Of a DNA stretch of 64,000 bases, positions 47,767 through 58,530 are shown one piece after another. The position numbers and the translations under genes were made by a program. Origin of the DNA: Myxococcota bacterium. GTDB taxonomy: Bacteria > Myxococcota_A > Bradymonadia > UBA7976 > UBA1532. The stretch spans positions 97,590-161,589 of the forward strand of contig JAYZEG010000037.1 of NCBI GenBank assembly GCA_036337435.1, written 5' to 3'. The notes beneath the pieces are model-generated. The model was not told the DNA's origin. It ran no database searches and saw nothing but the letters and a program-made list of their open reading frames with translations. Positions within the stretch are counted from its first letter, which is position 1, and each line of letters begins with the position of its first letter.

Positions 47767-48681
47767 TCAATCATTTTCTCTGAGGAACCGGCTGGTCGCC
47801 AAATGGCTGGCAAGAATGCCGATGAGGGCAGCCCCAAAAACAACCCAGAACGCTGACCCGGAGTCTATGAACTGCAGGTTCGGCGGCTGCGACTGCATAT
47901 CTGAGACAAACTCCGCCATGGGCAGCGCGCTCAAAGCAAGCCAAGTGATGAACAAGGCAAAGCTGGCACCAACTGCGCCTTGGAAAGCCCCTTCGAGATA
48001 AAAAGGGATTCGGATAAATCGACCATTCGCGCCAACGAGTCTCATGACCTCTATTTCGTCTTTCCGCGCGTAGAGGGTCAGCCTGACAGTGTTTGTAATG
48101 ATAAAGACAACTGCCGACAAAACCAGCAATGCAATGGCGAAACCTGCCAGTTGCAAATACTCTCGAAGTCGCTTCATCTTGCTCATCATATCCGAGCCAA
48201 AATCAACTTTTTCTACGATGTCAATATCGGGCAGTTGCTTGAGCCTCAAAGCGAGGCTCTGTCGTGATTCTGGTGTTCTAAATTGCCGAGCGAGGACAAT
48301 CTCAAGGCTCGCTGGTAGAACACTTTTTTCAAGTCCAGCGAGCAGTCGCCGATCATCTCCTAGGACGGTATTGAGGTCATCGAATGCGCGTTCTTTCGTG
48401 TAGACCGTGGTTGTTTCAACCTCTGCCCAACCCGAGATATCATCCGCCAAGTCAGCAAGCCGTTCATCTGGTACATCGTCGGCAATGAAACAAATCATTC
48501 CGAGACCCCGCGACCATCGATCGGCTAAATTATCTAAATTGCTGGCAATCACGAGGGTGACGCACATGACAGTCAGCGAGACTGTTGTTGTGCTGATGGC
48601 AACCAACTGAACAATTGGCGAACGCACAACAGAATTGGTCGCTTGTCGTATAAAATAGCGAATGTGCCGAGGGTTAATCAC
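47767..48681 (-). CDS. ftsX: Cell division permease FtsX
   Basis: Four TM segments, LPASLE and IITNTVRLTLYARKDEIEVMRLVGA...IRIPFYLEG. Confidence 0.93.
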   Translation of the reverse strand: MINPRHIRYFIRQATNSVVRSPIVQLVAISTTTVSLTVMCVTLVIASNLDNLADRWSRGLGMICFIADDVPDERLADLADDISGWAEVETTTVYTKERAFDDLNTVLGDDRRLLAGLEKSVLPASLEIVLARQFRTPESRQSLALRLKQLPDIDIVEKVDFGSDMMSKMKRLREYLQLAGFAIALLVLSAVVFIITNTVRLTLYARKDEIEVMRLVGANGRFIRIPFYLEGAFQGAVGASFALFITWLALSALPMAEFVSDMQSQPPNLQFIDSGSAFWVVFGAALIGILASHLATSRFLREND

Positions 48682-49337
48682 TGATCACTCTTTACCCGGC
48701 CATGTTCCAACGTAATCACTCGTTTACCAAGTGCCTCGGGCAACCTCAGATCATGGGTTGCGACCAAAATCGTGGTCCCTCTCGCATTGGCCGCCTCGAG
48801 CAAAGCCATGATCTCCAACGATAATTGAGTGTCCAAGTTGCCCGTTGGTTCATCCGCTAGAAGGACCATCGGCTCGTTGACCAAGGCCCTTGCGATGGCG
48901 ACACGCTGCTGTTCGCCGCCGGACATCCGAAGGGGGAGAGATTTGGATTTATGAGCCAAGCCAACTTGGCGCAATATGGTTCGAACCCGATCTCGAATTT
49001 CATGCCGGGGTCGACCGAGTACTTCGAGAGTAAAGGCGACATTCTCGAACACCGTTCGCTGTTGCAGCAATTTAAAGTCTTGGAAAACGACACCGATGTT
49101 TCGTCGCAAGATAGGAATGCTCGTTCGCTCCAGGCGGCCGACATTGTGGCCTGCGACGACAACTTCCCCTTCAGTGGGTTTCTCAGCTGCAAAAAGTAAA
49201 CGCATCAGGGTGCTCTTGCCCGCGCCTGAGTGTCCCGTAACAAAGGCAAACTCGCCTTTGTGAAGACGAAGCGACACATCATCGAGGGCTCGATCATCGC
49301 GCCCGTAGCGCTTTGTGACATGAAACAACTTAATCAT
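48678..49337 (-). CDS. ftsE: Cell division ATP-binding protein FtsE
   Basis: [34 protein letters not shown] and [10 protein letters not shown]. Confidence 0.95.
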   Translation of the reverse strand: MIKLFHVTKRYGRDDRALDDVSLRLHKGEFAFVTGHSGAGKSTLMRLLFAAEKPTEGEVVVAGHNVGRLERTSIPILRRNIGVVFQDFKLLQQRTVFENVAFTLEVLGRPRHEIRDRVRTILRQVGLAHKSKSLPLRMSGGEQQRVAIARALVNEPMVLLADEPTGNLDTQLSLEIMALLEAANARGTTILVATHDLRLPEALGKRVITLEHGRVKSDQ

Positions 49338-49408
49338 CGCAGGGCAGATCTATAACTCATGGCGTAGAAAGACAAGGCACCACACGGACAATGGAACACG
49401 CTAGGTGC

Positions 49409-49615
49409 CTATTTTTGTTTTAGAAAGCTCAAGACCGCCTCTTTTTGAAGCTGACTGACTTTTGAACGTATGCCAGAAATATCTCCGTCATGTTGGAAGA
49501 CAAAAACCACAACGCCTGCTTGAAAAATAATGGTCTTTACTCCATCGGCACTTGACTCTGTTTGGATGTCGTAATCGACGCCGGCAACCCGAATGCGTGA
49601 AACCTGTCCGACCAT
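49409..49615 (-). CDS. Small hypothetical protein (68 aa)
   Basis: Fills the gap between murI and ftsE on the same strand, starting a few nt after the murI stop. Contains YDIQTES...TIIF.AG. Confidence 0.55.
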   Translation of the reverse strand: MVGQVSRIRVAGVDYDIQTESSADGVKTIIFQAGVVVFVFQHDGDISGIRSKVSQLQKEAVLSFLKQK

Positions 49616-49621
49616 CAGCGA

Positions 49622-50464
49622 TCAATGATCCAACAAATCAATATGTTCTAGCTCAACAGGGGCTAGCCCATCATCAGACCAAAATTGTCCCGCGACACTG
49701 GCCACACGATCAGGTGCATCAGTCACGTAAAACCGGCGGAAGCCAGCCCCACCAAGGCGTTCCAAACCATGCTCTGAGAGAAGTGTTTCTGTTGAGCGTG
49801 CCACCGCCGTCGCTGAATCGATGAGCTGCACACGCGGACCGATCACGTCGTCGAGCACCTCTCTCAGAATCGTGGCAAGAAGTGGGTAGTGAGTACACCC
49901 AAGAACCACTGTGTCCACATTGGATTCCGCCAAAGGTGCGAGATAGGTTTTCGCGATCTGGCGGGTCACATCATGGTCGAGCCAGCCTTCTTCGATAAGC
50001 GGAACGAAAAGTGGACACGCGATCTGGTGAACCCGACGAGCTGGTTGCACTTCATGGATCGCAAGTTCATAAGCGTTTGAACGGATGGTCGCACGTGTCC
50101 CCAACACAGCAATGTCACCTCCTAAAGACGACTCTAGGGCCAGTGCTGCTCCCGGTCGAATCACACCGAGAAAAGGGAGCAAGGAACCATCAGCGAGTCC
50201 GCCCAAACCTTGTGCTGAGACCGTGTTGCATGCCACGACGACCATTTTGATCCCCTGCTGCTTGAGAAACGACACGTTCTTGCGTGCGTAGCGGACAACA
50301 GTGGCGGGTGACCGAGTGCCGTAGGGCACGCGGGCCGTGTCGCCAAGGTAAACGATATTTTCATGGGGCAATCGTTTTGCGATAGCGGACGCGACTGTCA
50401 GCCCACCAAGCCCTGAGTCGAAAATTCCGATCGCTGAATCTGATGCTGCTATTTTACCGGTCAT
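49622..50464 (-). CDS. murI: Glutamate racemase
   Basis: IGIFDSGLGGLTV, YLGDTARVPYG, ACNT and LGCTHYP. Start at ATG 50464. Confidence 0.96.
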   Translation of the reverse strand: MTGKIAASDSAIGIFDSGLGGLTVASAIAKRLPHENIVYLGDTARVPYGTRSPATVVRYARKNVSFLKQQGIKMVVVACNTVSAQGLGGLADGSLLPFLGVIRPGAALALESSLGGDIAVLGTRATIRSNAYELAIHEVQPARRVHQIACPLFVPLIEEGWLDHDVTRQIAKTYLAPLAESNVDTVVLGCTHYPLLATILREVLDDVIGPRVQLIDSATAVARSTETLLSEHGLERLGGAGFRRFYVTDAPDRVASVAGQFWSDDGLAPVELEHIDLLDH

Positions 50465-50604
50465 GCCACTCAAGCCACAAGAATCACTGCTTGAGGAGAT
50501 ACGCTGAAAAGACCCCGGATACAAGGGGGACCTGAGCTGTCAAGCTTGAAAGCAGAGCTTTATTCAGGCCAAGATCCTTAGGCTTCGACGTCTAGCCTGT
50601 ATTT

Positions 50605-52671
50605 TTACCGACAGGTGTGGAAGGTGACGAATTCGTCTCGTTGAGTGCCGTTGAGCGTTCTGTAACGAACACCGACTCGAATGGTGGACAATTGGGCTTC
50701 TTCGACCATGAGGCCAGAGGTATCGGCGAACTCATAGGCATGTGTTGGTGCCCTCGGTTGCGTGGGAATGGAATCGAGAAAGCAGTCCCCTTGAATATCA
50801 CTCTGAGTGATACCACGAACTTCTTCTAATGACCCATCGACCTCAACATAGGTCTCCCCTTCTCCATAGGCGTCAAGACAATTGCCGTTGGAATCATTGA
50901 ATCGAGCTCGAACCGTAATCCGTCCGCCCGGGCCGAGGAAGTATGTTCCCTCATCACCGACGATGCCCGGAATTCTACATAACTCACTCGCCGGGTCGAG
51001 ATAACACTGGTCGCCTGGCTGGCACTCGACCTGAATGAGGCTTCGTTCGCGGTCGAACAAGCCGGTCCACAGAACATGAGTCGCTTGCCAGATCTCAGTG
51101 TCTTTGTCCCAAGTCCCGTTGCCATCTGACCATATCCCGTCATTGTTGGTATCACGGAATGCCTCGGCATACGGCTCATCGCCTCGGACTTCTAAATCGA
51201 CTTGGCATTCACCATCATCATTTGCATCAATGCACGGTTCAGCCAAATCCATGTGGGCTAACTGGTAGTCCTCAAATTCGTCCCAGACCTTGTTGCCGTT
51301 CACGTCAACAAAGTCTTCCTCGCCTCGCGTGACGGCAACGACGGTAACCAAACCGTCACGAGGGTTAAAGTCAGAATTCAGGTACCTTTGGTCAACAGCC
51401 GCCTCATATCCGTTCGCGGCTACGTCGACGATTTCGTACGGGGCTGGTGGCCCGACTCTAAGAGACGTAATTGCGATTCCATTCTCATCGGTTGTACTGG
51501 CCTGGTCGACACTGCCCGCTTCGGTTAAGAAAAATACCTGGGTCGCGATATCAACACGGCCTGCTACGCGGTCGGAAAGCTGCGCTACGCAGGTTGTAAA
51601 GTCATTTCGCCCGATTCCAAACTGATAATTGTCCCAACTGGGCCGCGCGCTAAAAGCAGCAATGACCGGGTCTTCACACAGGAATTGGAAACCGCTTGCA
51701 CTCGGAATGCCACCACGGATCACGACGGTTGCGCTCCGGGCCGTCAATGGGCCGCCCTCACCGATGGTTGTTTGAGCCAAGACGGTGACTACGCCTGGCG
51801 TGCCACCCGCGTTCAGTCGCACCGCTACGATCCCGTTCTCGTCGGTCTGCCCCATGGCCGGTTCGATGGCGACGTTTGGTGGCGGATTATCCGATAAACT
51901 AAAGGAGACGGGTAAGTTCGCGAGCGCGTCACCATCGGCACTGGTTGTCCCGCTCAAGTCGATCACTTGAAAGCGAAGCAAAACATTGTCAGGTCGACCG
52001 AACGCAGAGTCTTTGATGCCGATTTCTAAATCCGACTCATCGTCTGGCGGTAAGAAACGAATCGACCACGCCGGTGGTCGGTCTGCGTCGGCGGCATCAA
52101 CGCCCATGTCTTCGGCACCGCCGAAGTCGACCCCAGAATCGATAAGTGGCAACCCACTGCACTCCCGATTGTAGTCGATCGCCGACAAACATCGGACGGG
52201 AAAGGGGGCCGTTTTAAGCTCGACGGTACGGGCTTCGTCGCCGTCGGCATCAATGGCATAATCAGTAATTGTCGCGACGACTGATACAGTGCCTTCGCGA
52301 AAGCAGACGACTTCGTCTCGAGCACGGGCGCCGCTAAAGGGCAAGTCCGCGCTGCTGGTGCTAAGTTCAGTGCTGTTTTCGGATGAGCGAAAATAGGCAG
52401 TCGCCAAGTCCGCCTCATCAGCAAAATCGAGTCGCACGGTCGTGCCGCTCCTGAGGTCACCCGTCGGCGTACGTGGGTCGCGCCCCGTGACTGTGATGGT
52501 GACGGTCCCACTGCCGTCCTCAGCGACGGGGGCCGAGTTTCGTCCACAGCCTCCCGTCCCCAAAAGACTTAACGAGGGTTCACCCAAAGTGAACTGCTCA
52601 GAATCATCAACGCACCCGAGAATGCTGACCAAACTCAGTGCCAAAATCGCCCGAAAAATAATCGGCGTCAT
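50605..52671 (-). CDS. Surface lipoprotein with invasin/intimin-type Ig-like (Big_1) domains and Ca-binding DxNxNG motifs
   Basis: Lipobox ILGC, V.F...TDENG...V.L.AG..PG.VTV.A twice, and GEEDFVDVNGN..WD, DANDDG, DTNNDG. Start at ATG 52671. Confidence 0.65.
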   Translation of the reverse strand: MTPIIFRAILALSLVSILGCVDDSEQFTLGEPSLSLLGTGGCGRNSAPVAEDGSGTVTITVTGRDPRTPTGDLRSGTTVRLDFADEADLATAYFRSSENSTELSTSSADLPFSGARARDEVVCFREGTVSVVATITDYAIDADGDEARTVELKTAPFPVRCLSAIDYNRECSGLPLIDSGVDFGGAEDMGVDAADADRPPAWSIRFLPPDDESDLEIGIKDSAFGRPDNVLLRFQVIDLSGTTSADGDALANLPVSFSLSDNPPPNVAIEPAMGQTDENGIVAVRLNAGGTPGVVTVLAQTTIGEGGPLTARSATVVIRGGIPSASGFQFLCEDPVIAAFSARPSWDNYQFGIGRNDFTTCVAQLSDRVAGRVDIATQVFFLTEAGSVDQASTTDENGIAITSLRVGPPAPYEIVDVAANGYEAAVDQRYLNSDFNPRDGLVTVVAVTRGEEDFVDVNGNKVWDEFEDYQLAHMDLAEPCIDANDDGECQVDLEVRGDEPYAEAFRDTNNDGIWSDGNGTWDKDTEIWQATHVLWTGLFDRERSLIQVECQPGDQCYLDPASELCRIPGIVGDEGTYFLGPGGRITVRARFNDSNGNCLDAYGEGETYVEVDGSLEEVRGITQSDIQGDCFLDSIPTQPRAPTHAYEFADTSGLMVEEAQLSTIRVGVRYRTLNGTQRDEFVTFHTCR

Positions 52672-52869
52672 GCCCCAACTCCCAACGCGGAGAAACCATC
52701 TTGGTTTAGTTAAGCGATAGCGTGCCACTCTGAACATTACAAAGAGCATGGAAATGGTGTCAACATTCCACCGATTTATCCAGACATTGACCATGGCTCC
52801 AACAGTGGTATGTTGCGCGCAAATTAACCCGTATATGCCCATCTAACAGCCTTAAATGACCAAATTAAA

Positions 52870-55800
52870 ATGAGTGAAACAATTAGTTTTTCAATCGCAG
52901 AAAATGAGTGCTACCCCATCGAAAAAGTCATACATGACATCGAAAATGGTGCCAAACGGGTTGAATTAAGTGGGATCGACCGCGGTTCGATGGCTCTTTT
53001 TGTCGCTGAATTGAACAGTCGTGTGTCCAGGCCCATCGTGGCGATCACCCCCCTCGAGTCAGATGCGCGGCGCTTGCTTGGCGATCTCGGTTTCTCTGCC
53101 GGTTCACAGATGTCGGTTGGACACATTCCAAGTGTTGATGCCAGTCCATATGGGCACCTTAGCCCCGATAGACAGTCTGTCATGGGCTTACTGGCAGCAT
53201 TGACATCGATGGCTTGGGAATCTTGGCAAGATATCATCGTCACATCTGCCGTCGCATTGACACGGCGAGTGATGCCATCAGATGTCCTTTTGGATCACTC
53301 TTATCTTGTCGATGCTGGACAAGAGCTGGATCGAAGCGAGTGTCTACGTGCGCTCGCTGATGCCGGATACAGAGCCGTGAGTGTCGTTGAAGATCGAGGC
53401 ACATTCGCAATCCGCGGAGGCATAATCGATATATTTCCACCAACGGACGGCTCGCCTGTCCGCTTGGAGCTCTGGGGCGATGACGTTGAATCCATTCGCT
53501 ACTTCGATCCAGTGACCCAACGCACCACAGCAGCAGCCCCGGATCAACTGCTCCTGCCCCCCGTTCGAGAAGAACTTTTTGTAGATGTCACAAAAAAACG
53601 GGCGCGTCAGGGCATCTTAGATGCGGCCGCTGAAGTGGATATGCCAACCCGTAAAGTTCAAGCCATGCTAGATGACCTGAGCAATGGGATCCCATTCATG
53701 GGTATTGAGGCATTTCGTCCCGCATTTTATGCAGAGACAACGCCAGTCACCGCCTATTTGCCTGATGATGCAATTTTGGTGCATCTTGACCCATTGGCGG
53801 CCGCTGAGGCTGTGTCCAATCAGTGGGATGAGTTTGGCCGTGGTCGCGAAGGTGCACTGGCAGATGGACGCTTGTCACTGGCAGCCGACGCACACATCCT
53901 CAGTCCAAATGAACTGAAAGCCCGGCTAGATGACCGAACACAGCTTCGTTGTCATACGCTGCAAATCGTCGATGAGTTGGGTGCTGTCGATGGACCCGAT
54001 GACGCTGTTCGTTTCGAGATCCCGAGAAATACTGAACTCACCAACACCCTAGCCAGAACACGAAATGAGCAAATGCCGCTCAAACCATTGGCCATTTGGG
54101 TTCGTGATCAGACGGAAAATGGGGTTCGCACAATCATTCCTTGCCGGCAAGAAACACAGCTAGATCGCCTTGAACGCTTGCTTAAAAATTTCGGTATCCC
54201 AGTGTCGAGAGCTGGCTCCGACGAGGTCGATCTCTATAGCCCGCCGAAACCTGATCAGGTCGGGGCTGTGCTGATTCGAGGTGATTTATCCGACGGATTT
54301 CACCTCCCGAGCCGTGGCATCGCAGTGGTCACGGAGCACGAAATTTTTGGACGTCGGGCGCCTAAGCGGAAAGCACCCGCGCGCGATTCCGGCAATCCCT
54401 TTATCAGAGATTTCAAGGAGCTTAAAGAAGGCGACTTAGTGGTCCATGCCGACCATGGGATCGGGCGCTATGTGGGCCTAAAAAAGTTGTCGATGGGCGC
54501 GTTTGAAAATGACTTCTTAGTCGTCGAGTTTGCGGGCAATGACAAACTTTATTTACCGGTCTACAAGCTCGGACGCCTTCAAAAATACGCCGGTTCGTCC
54601 CAAGCAAACCCAAAAGTTGACAAGCTCGGAGGAACCGCATGGCAAAAAGTACGCGCAAAAGCGCGTCGAGCCGCAGAAGAGGATGCTCTTGCCATGCTCG
54701 ATCTCTATGCAAAACGCGAGTTGGCTGTCGGCTACGCGTTTTCTCCACCTGACGATTTTTTCCGCACTTTTGAGGCAACATTCCCCTTTGATGAGACCCC
54801 CGATCAACTGCAATGCATCGAAGAAGTCCTCGGGGATATGGTCTCTGGTCGTCCGATGGACAGGCTGTTGTGCGGAGATGTCGGTTTTGGAAAGACCGAG
54901 GTGGCCATTAGAGCAACGATGAAGGCTGTACTCGACGGGAAGCAGGTCTGTATTTTGGTGCCGACAACCGTACTGGCACTCCAACACTTCAAGACATTTT
55001 CCAATCGACTGGCTGACTATGCGATCGATGTCCGTTTGTTCAGCCGGCTGGTGCCGTCAAAGCAAGCGAAGGTCAACTTAAAGGACTTGACCGGTGGCAA
55101 AGTGGATGTGGCCGTCGGCACCCATCTGTTGCTCGGAAAGACGGCGCAATTCTCCGACCTAGGCTTGTTAATCTTAGACGAAGAACATCGATTTGGCGTC
55201 AAACACAAGGAGCGCCTGAAAGAATTACGAGCCCAAGTGGATGTGCTCGCGATGACGGCAACACCCATCCCACGGACACTTCAAATGAGTCTCAGTGGGA
55301 TCCGTGACCTCAGTGTGATCACGACGCCTCCTGTCGATCGCCTGAGCGTCAAAACCTATGTCTGTAGGGCGACCGATGAGGTGGTTCGTGACGCAATCAT
55401 CAGAGAGTTGAGTCGCGGAGGCCAGGTGTTTTTTGTGCACAACCGTGTCCAGAGCATCGAGAACAGAGCAGCCTGGCTATCGTCACTGGTTCCTGAAGCC
55501 CGAATTGTGATTGGACACGGGCAGATGGAGCCAAGCCGACTAGAAAATGTCATGCTTGATTTCACCGAAGGACGCTTTAACGTTCTCGTTGCCACGACGA
55601 TTATAGAATCGGGCATCGACATCCCAACGGCCAATACCATCCTGGTGGATCAAGCAGATCGCTTCGGATTAGCCCAGCTCTATCAGCTCAGAGGCCGAGT
55701 GGGTCGAAGTCGGGAACGCGGCTACTGTTACCTTTTGGTGGCGGGCCAAGCCGCGCTCGATAAAGAAGCCAGGGCCAGACTGGCCGTAATCCAGAAATTC

Positions 55801-56451
55801 ACTGAACTCGGTTCAGGTTTTCACGTGGCGAGCCATGACCTTGAACTGCGAGGTGCCGGGGAACTATTAGGCACACGCCAAAAAGGCCATGTCCAGGCCG
55901 TGGGGCTCGAGACCTATACCCAATTGCTCGACGATGCAGTCAGGCAGCTCAGGGGCCAACCGCAGCCAGTCAATGTAGACCCAGACATTAATCTCCAAAT
56001 CAACGCGCGTATCCCCGATGATTACGTTCCTGAGACCTCCGTCCGGCTGATTATGTATAAGCGGTTGGCCAATGCAAACGACGAAGATCGCGTCATTCAA
56101 ATCGCAGAGGAAATGGTGGACCGCTTTGGAACACCGCCACAAATGTTCGAAAACCTGATCGATGTGATGCGAATCAGAACGCTTGCGCGACACTTGCTGA
56201 TCACCACGGTTGACCATGGGCCGAGGCAAATGACCTTCACATTTCATCCCGATACCCCAGTTTCGCCCGAGATTATTTTCGGGCTGATTGGGCAGCGGTC
56301 CAGTCGCTGGCGAGTCCCAGCGGACTTCAGACTTGTCTATTTGTTGTCAGCCGAGGAACAGAAAAACTCAATACAAAGCCTCAGAATCTGCTTGCAGGTC
56401 TTGGCAGAGTTAGCTACCGAGCCTAAAGCAACTGAGAGGACAGACCTGTGA
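52870..56451 (+). CDS. mfd: Transcription-repair coupling factor
   Basis: UvrB-homology RGGIIDIFP, CarD-like GDLVVH..HGIGRY, MDRLLCGDVGFGKTEVA, DEEHRFG, QLRGRVGRS and TRG DLELRGAG. Confidence 0.97.
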   Translation: MSETISFSIAENECYPIEKVIHDIENGAKRVELSGIDRGSMALFVAELNSRVSRPIVAITPLESDARRLLGDLGFSAGSQMSVGHIPSVDASPYGHLSPDRQSVMGLLAALTSMAWESWQDIIVTSAVALTRRVMPSDVLLDHSYLVDAGQELDRSECLRALADAGYRAVSVVEDRGTFAIRGGIIDIFPPTDGSPVRLELWGDDVESIRYFDPVTQRTTAAAPDQLLLPPVREELFVDVTKKRARQGILDAAAEVDMPTRKVQAMLDDLSNGIPFMGIEAFRPAFYAETTPVTAYLPDDAILVHLDPLAAAEAVSNQWDEFGRGREGALADGRLSLAADAHILSPNELKARLDDRTQLRCHTLQIVDELGAVDGPDDAVRFEIPRNTELTNTLARTRNEQMPLKPLAIWVRDQTENGVRTIIPCRQETQLDRLERLLKNFGIPVSRAGSDEVDLYSPPKPDQVGAVLIRGDLSDGFHLPSRGIAVVTEHEIFGRRAPKRKAPARDSGNPFIRDFKELKEGDLVVHADHGIGRYVGLKKLSMGAFENDFLVVEFAGNDKLYLPVYKLGRLQKYAGSSQANPKVDKLGGTAWQKVRAKARRAAEEDALAMLDLYAKRELAVGYAFSPPDDFFRTFEATFPFDETPDQLQCIEEVLGDMVSGRPMDRLLCGDVGFGKTEVAIRATMKAVLDGKQVCILVPTTVLALQHFKTFSNRLADYAIDVRLFSRLVPSKQAKVNLKDLTGGKVDVAVGTHLLLGKTAQFSDLGLLILDEEHRFGVKHKERLKELRAQVDVLAMTATPIPRTLQMSLSGIRDLSVITTPPVDRLSVKTYVCRATDEVVRDAIIRELSRGGQVFFVHNRVQSIENRAAWLSSLVPEARIVIGHGQMEPSRLENVMLDFTEGRFNVLVATTIIESGIDIPTANTILVDQADRFGLAQLYQLRGRVGRSRERGYCYLLVAGQAALDKEARARLAVIQKFTELGSGFHVASHDLELRGAGELLGTRQKGHVQAVGLETYTQLLDDAVRQLRGQPQPVNVDPDINLQINARIPDDYVPETSVRLIMYKRLANANDEDRVIQIAEEMVDRFGTPPQMFENLIDVMRIRTLARHLLITTVDHGPRQMTFTFHPDTPVSPEIIFGLIGQRSSRWRVPADFRLVYLLSAEEQKNSIQSLRICLQVLAELATEPKATERTDL

Positions 56452-57488
56452 GTAAGATCATCCAATTGACGTTTTTTCTGCCGGTGTTCTTATTCGGATG
56501 CCAGAAAGATGGAGCGACGGAAGCAGCTAAAGGGTCATCGTATGTTCTGGCAGGTGAGACCAATCTATCTGCCCAAGAGCAAGGTCAAGTGGTCGCAAAA
56601 ATAGGACCGAAGATCATCACGCTTCAAGCGTTCGAGCGGTACTTGAATCAACAATCGGTCTTCGCTCGGAGCCGACACAACAGTCCGGAGCGAAAGAAAG
56701 ACTTTCTCGACAATCTGATCAGATTCGAACTGCTTGCTGCTGAAGCGGCCAAGAAAGGGTATAACGCGGACCCCGATGTCCAGCTTGCGATGAAGCAAGC
56801 GATGGTCAAACGATTTACCTCACAAGAACTCTCTAAGATCGTCAAAATGAGCGACATCACTGATGCGGAAATAAAGACCTATTACGACGCACATCCATCG
56901 GAATTCAGCCGAGCTGCTCAGGTAAGGGCTTCCCATATTCTTGTCGCAGATAAGGCCAGCGCCCTGACACTTCATGCGGAGATCAAAGCCGCTATTGCGG
57001 CGGCACCGGCTAAAGCCCGCCGCATCTTTGGTGAATTCGCAGAAAAGCACAGTAAAGATGCCCTTACGCAAGGCCGCAAAGGCGATTTAGGTTTTTTTGG
57101 AGAACCGGGTAAAAGTGCCGTCAAAAGAGCACACAACGCACCGCCTGTACCCAGTTCATTGGCGAAAGCGGCATATAAGTTGGATGCCGTCGGCCAAATG
57201 GCCCCCGAACCCGTTGAGGGAACAAAAGGCTGGCACCTTGTGTTGAAGAGTGGGTATCGACGTGCGTATGTCAAATCGCTTGCCGATGTGCGAAACAAAC
57301 TGCGTATTAAACTGTTTCGTCAGCGGAAAAGTACGGCCATGGAAGCCTACGTCAAAACGCTGTTGGAGAAAGCAGAAATCAACATCGACGAGGCGGCTCT
57401 GCAAGCAGCAAAAGCAAAGCGACCGACACGACCGATGCCATCGCTCGCCCCGCCAAAGTCGATGCTGAATAAGGGAGGTGCGAAATGA
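56448..57488 (+). CDS. PpiC/parvulin-type peptidyl-prolyl isomerase lipoprotein (PrsA-like)
   Basis: Lipobox LFGC, VRASHIL, S.D...GDLGFF and GWHLV. Confidence 0.87.
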   Translation: MSKIIQLTFFLPVFLFGCQKDGATEAAKGSSYVLAGETNLSAQEQGQVVAKIGPKIITLQAFERYLNQQSVFARSRHNSPERKKDFLDNLIRFELLAAEAAKKGYNADPDVQLAMKQAMVKRFTSQELSKIVKMSDITDAEIKTYYDAHPSEFSRAAQVRASHILVADKASALTLHAEIKAAIAAAPAKARRIFGEFAEKHSKDALTQGRKGDLGFFGEPGKSAVKRAHNAPPVPSSLAKAAYKLDAVGQMAPEPVEGTKGWHLVLKSGYRRAYVKSLADVRNKLRIKLFRQRKSTAMEAYVKTLLEKAEINIDEAALQAAKAKRPTRPMPSLAPPKSMLNKGGAK

Positions 57489-58447
57489 GACTGCATGCCC
57501 TCGTTTTGATGGTCTGCATGGCCGCAACATCGGTTGAAGCGCGGATCGTGGATCGCATCGTCGCTGTGGTCAATGAAGCAGTGATCACTCAGTCCGAGCT
57601 TGAAGACTCCGTGAAGGTCCAGCTCGCGCGAATTGCCCAAGTCTCCGATCAGCAAACGCTTAAGGCGAAGCGCAAGGTTATTTTGGAACGTGGTTTAAAG
57701 GATCTCATCGGTAAAAAACTCATCGCTCAGGAAGCCATTAAGCGCAGCATAAAGATCGAGGATAAAGACGTTGAGCAACACCTGAGACGTGTTCAAAACC
57801 AGCAGGGCTGGTCAGAACAGCAAATGCAAATGTATCTGACCAGTCAAGGGATGACCATGTCGTCTTTCAAGTCCGTCGTTCGCGAAAACCTTCTGGAACA
57901 ACGCGTGATTGGCATCGTCCTGGGCAGCCGGATCAGAATTTCCGATCGAGATCTGGAAGATTACTATAAAGAGCGCAGAACGAAGATCAGTCGTGATTTT
58001 GAGGTGGATGCTGCTCACATCGTTTTTAAGGTCGCCACCGGTGCAAGTGCAAACGATGAAGCTGCCGTTCGCATGCGCGCGGTCGAAATCATGGAGCGCG
58101 CAAAAGCTGGGGAGGATTTCTCGGAATTAGCGAAATCGCACAGCGAGGGGCCCGGTGCTGCACGCGGGGGGAACTTGGGAACGTTGCGTAAAGGAAATCT
58201 AAACCCAAAGTTGGAAGCAGCTATTTTTTCAATCAGCGAAGGCCAAATCGGTGGCCCGTTCCGAAGCCCGTTCGGCTATCACGTCATCAAGGTCACCAAA
58301 CGACGGCAACTGCCACCGAAATCTTTCGAGTCTGTGAAGGGAACCCTTCGTAACGAATTACACCGAAAGAAATTGAGTAAAGAGATGGAACAATGGATCG
58401 CCGATCTTCGAAAAAAAGCCTTCATCGACGTCCGTTCGCTCAATTAA
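57485..58447 (+). CDS. surA: SurA-like chaperone / PPIase
   Basis: VDRIVAVVNE.VIT.SEL, HI, FSELAK.HSEG..A.RGGNLG and SPFGYHVIK. Confidence 0.85.
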   Translation: MRLHALVLMVCMAATSVEARIVDRIVAVVNEAVITQSELEDSVKVQLARIAQVSDQQTLKAKRKVILERGLKDLIGKKLIAQEAIKRSIKIEDKDVEQHLRRVQNQQGWSEQQMQMYLTSQGMTMSSFKSVVRENLLEQRVIGIVLGSRIRISDRDLEDYYKERRTKISRDFEVDAAHIVFKVATGASANDEAAVRMRAVEIMERAKAGEDFSELAKSHSEGPGAARGGNLGTLRKGNLNPKLEAAIFSISEGQIGGPFRSPFGYHVIKVTKRRQLPPKSFESVKGTLRNELHRKKLSKEMEQWIADLRKKAFIDVRSLN

Positions 58448-58530
58448 TGACCCACTCAAGTCGGGTTTAGCTCAACTCAGTGGGCAACTGAATTCTGGCG
58501 GATCAATCCGGTCTTGTTTATTGTCGTTCC

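Noticed and set aside
52723..52738. TGGCACGCTATCGCT on the minus strand as a sigma54 promoter for the Ig-like lipoprotein
   Set aside because: The spacing is GG-N9-GC, one base short of the strict requirement.
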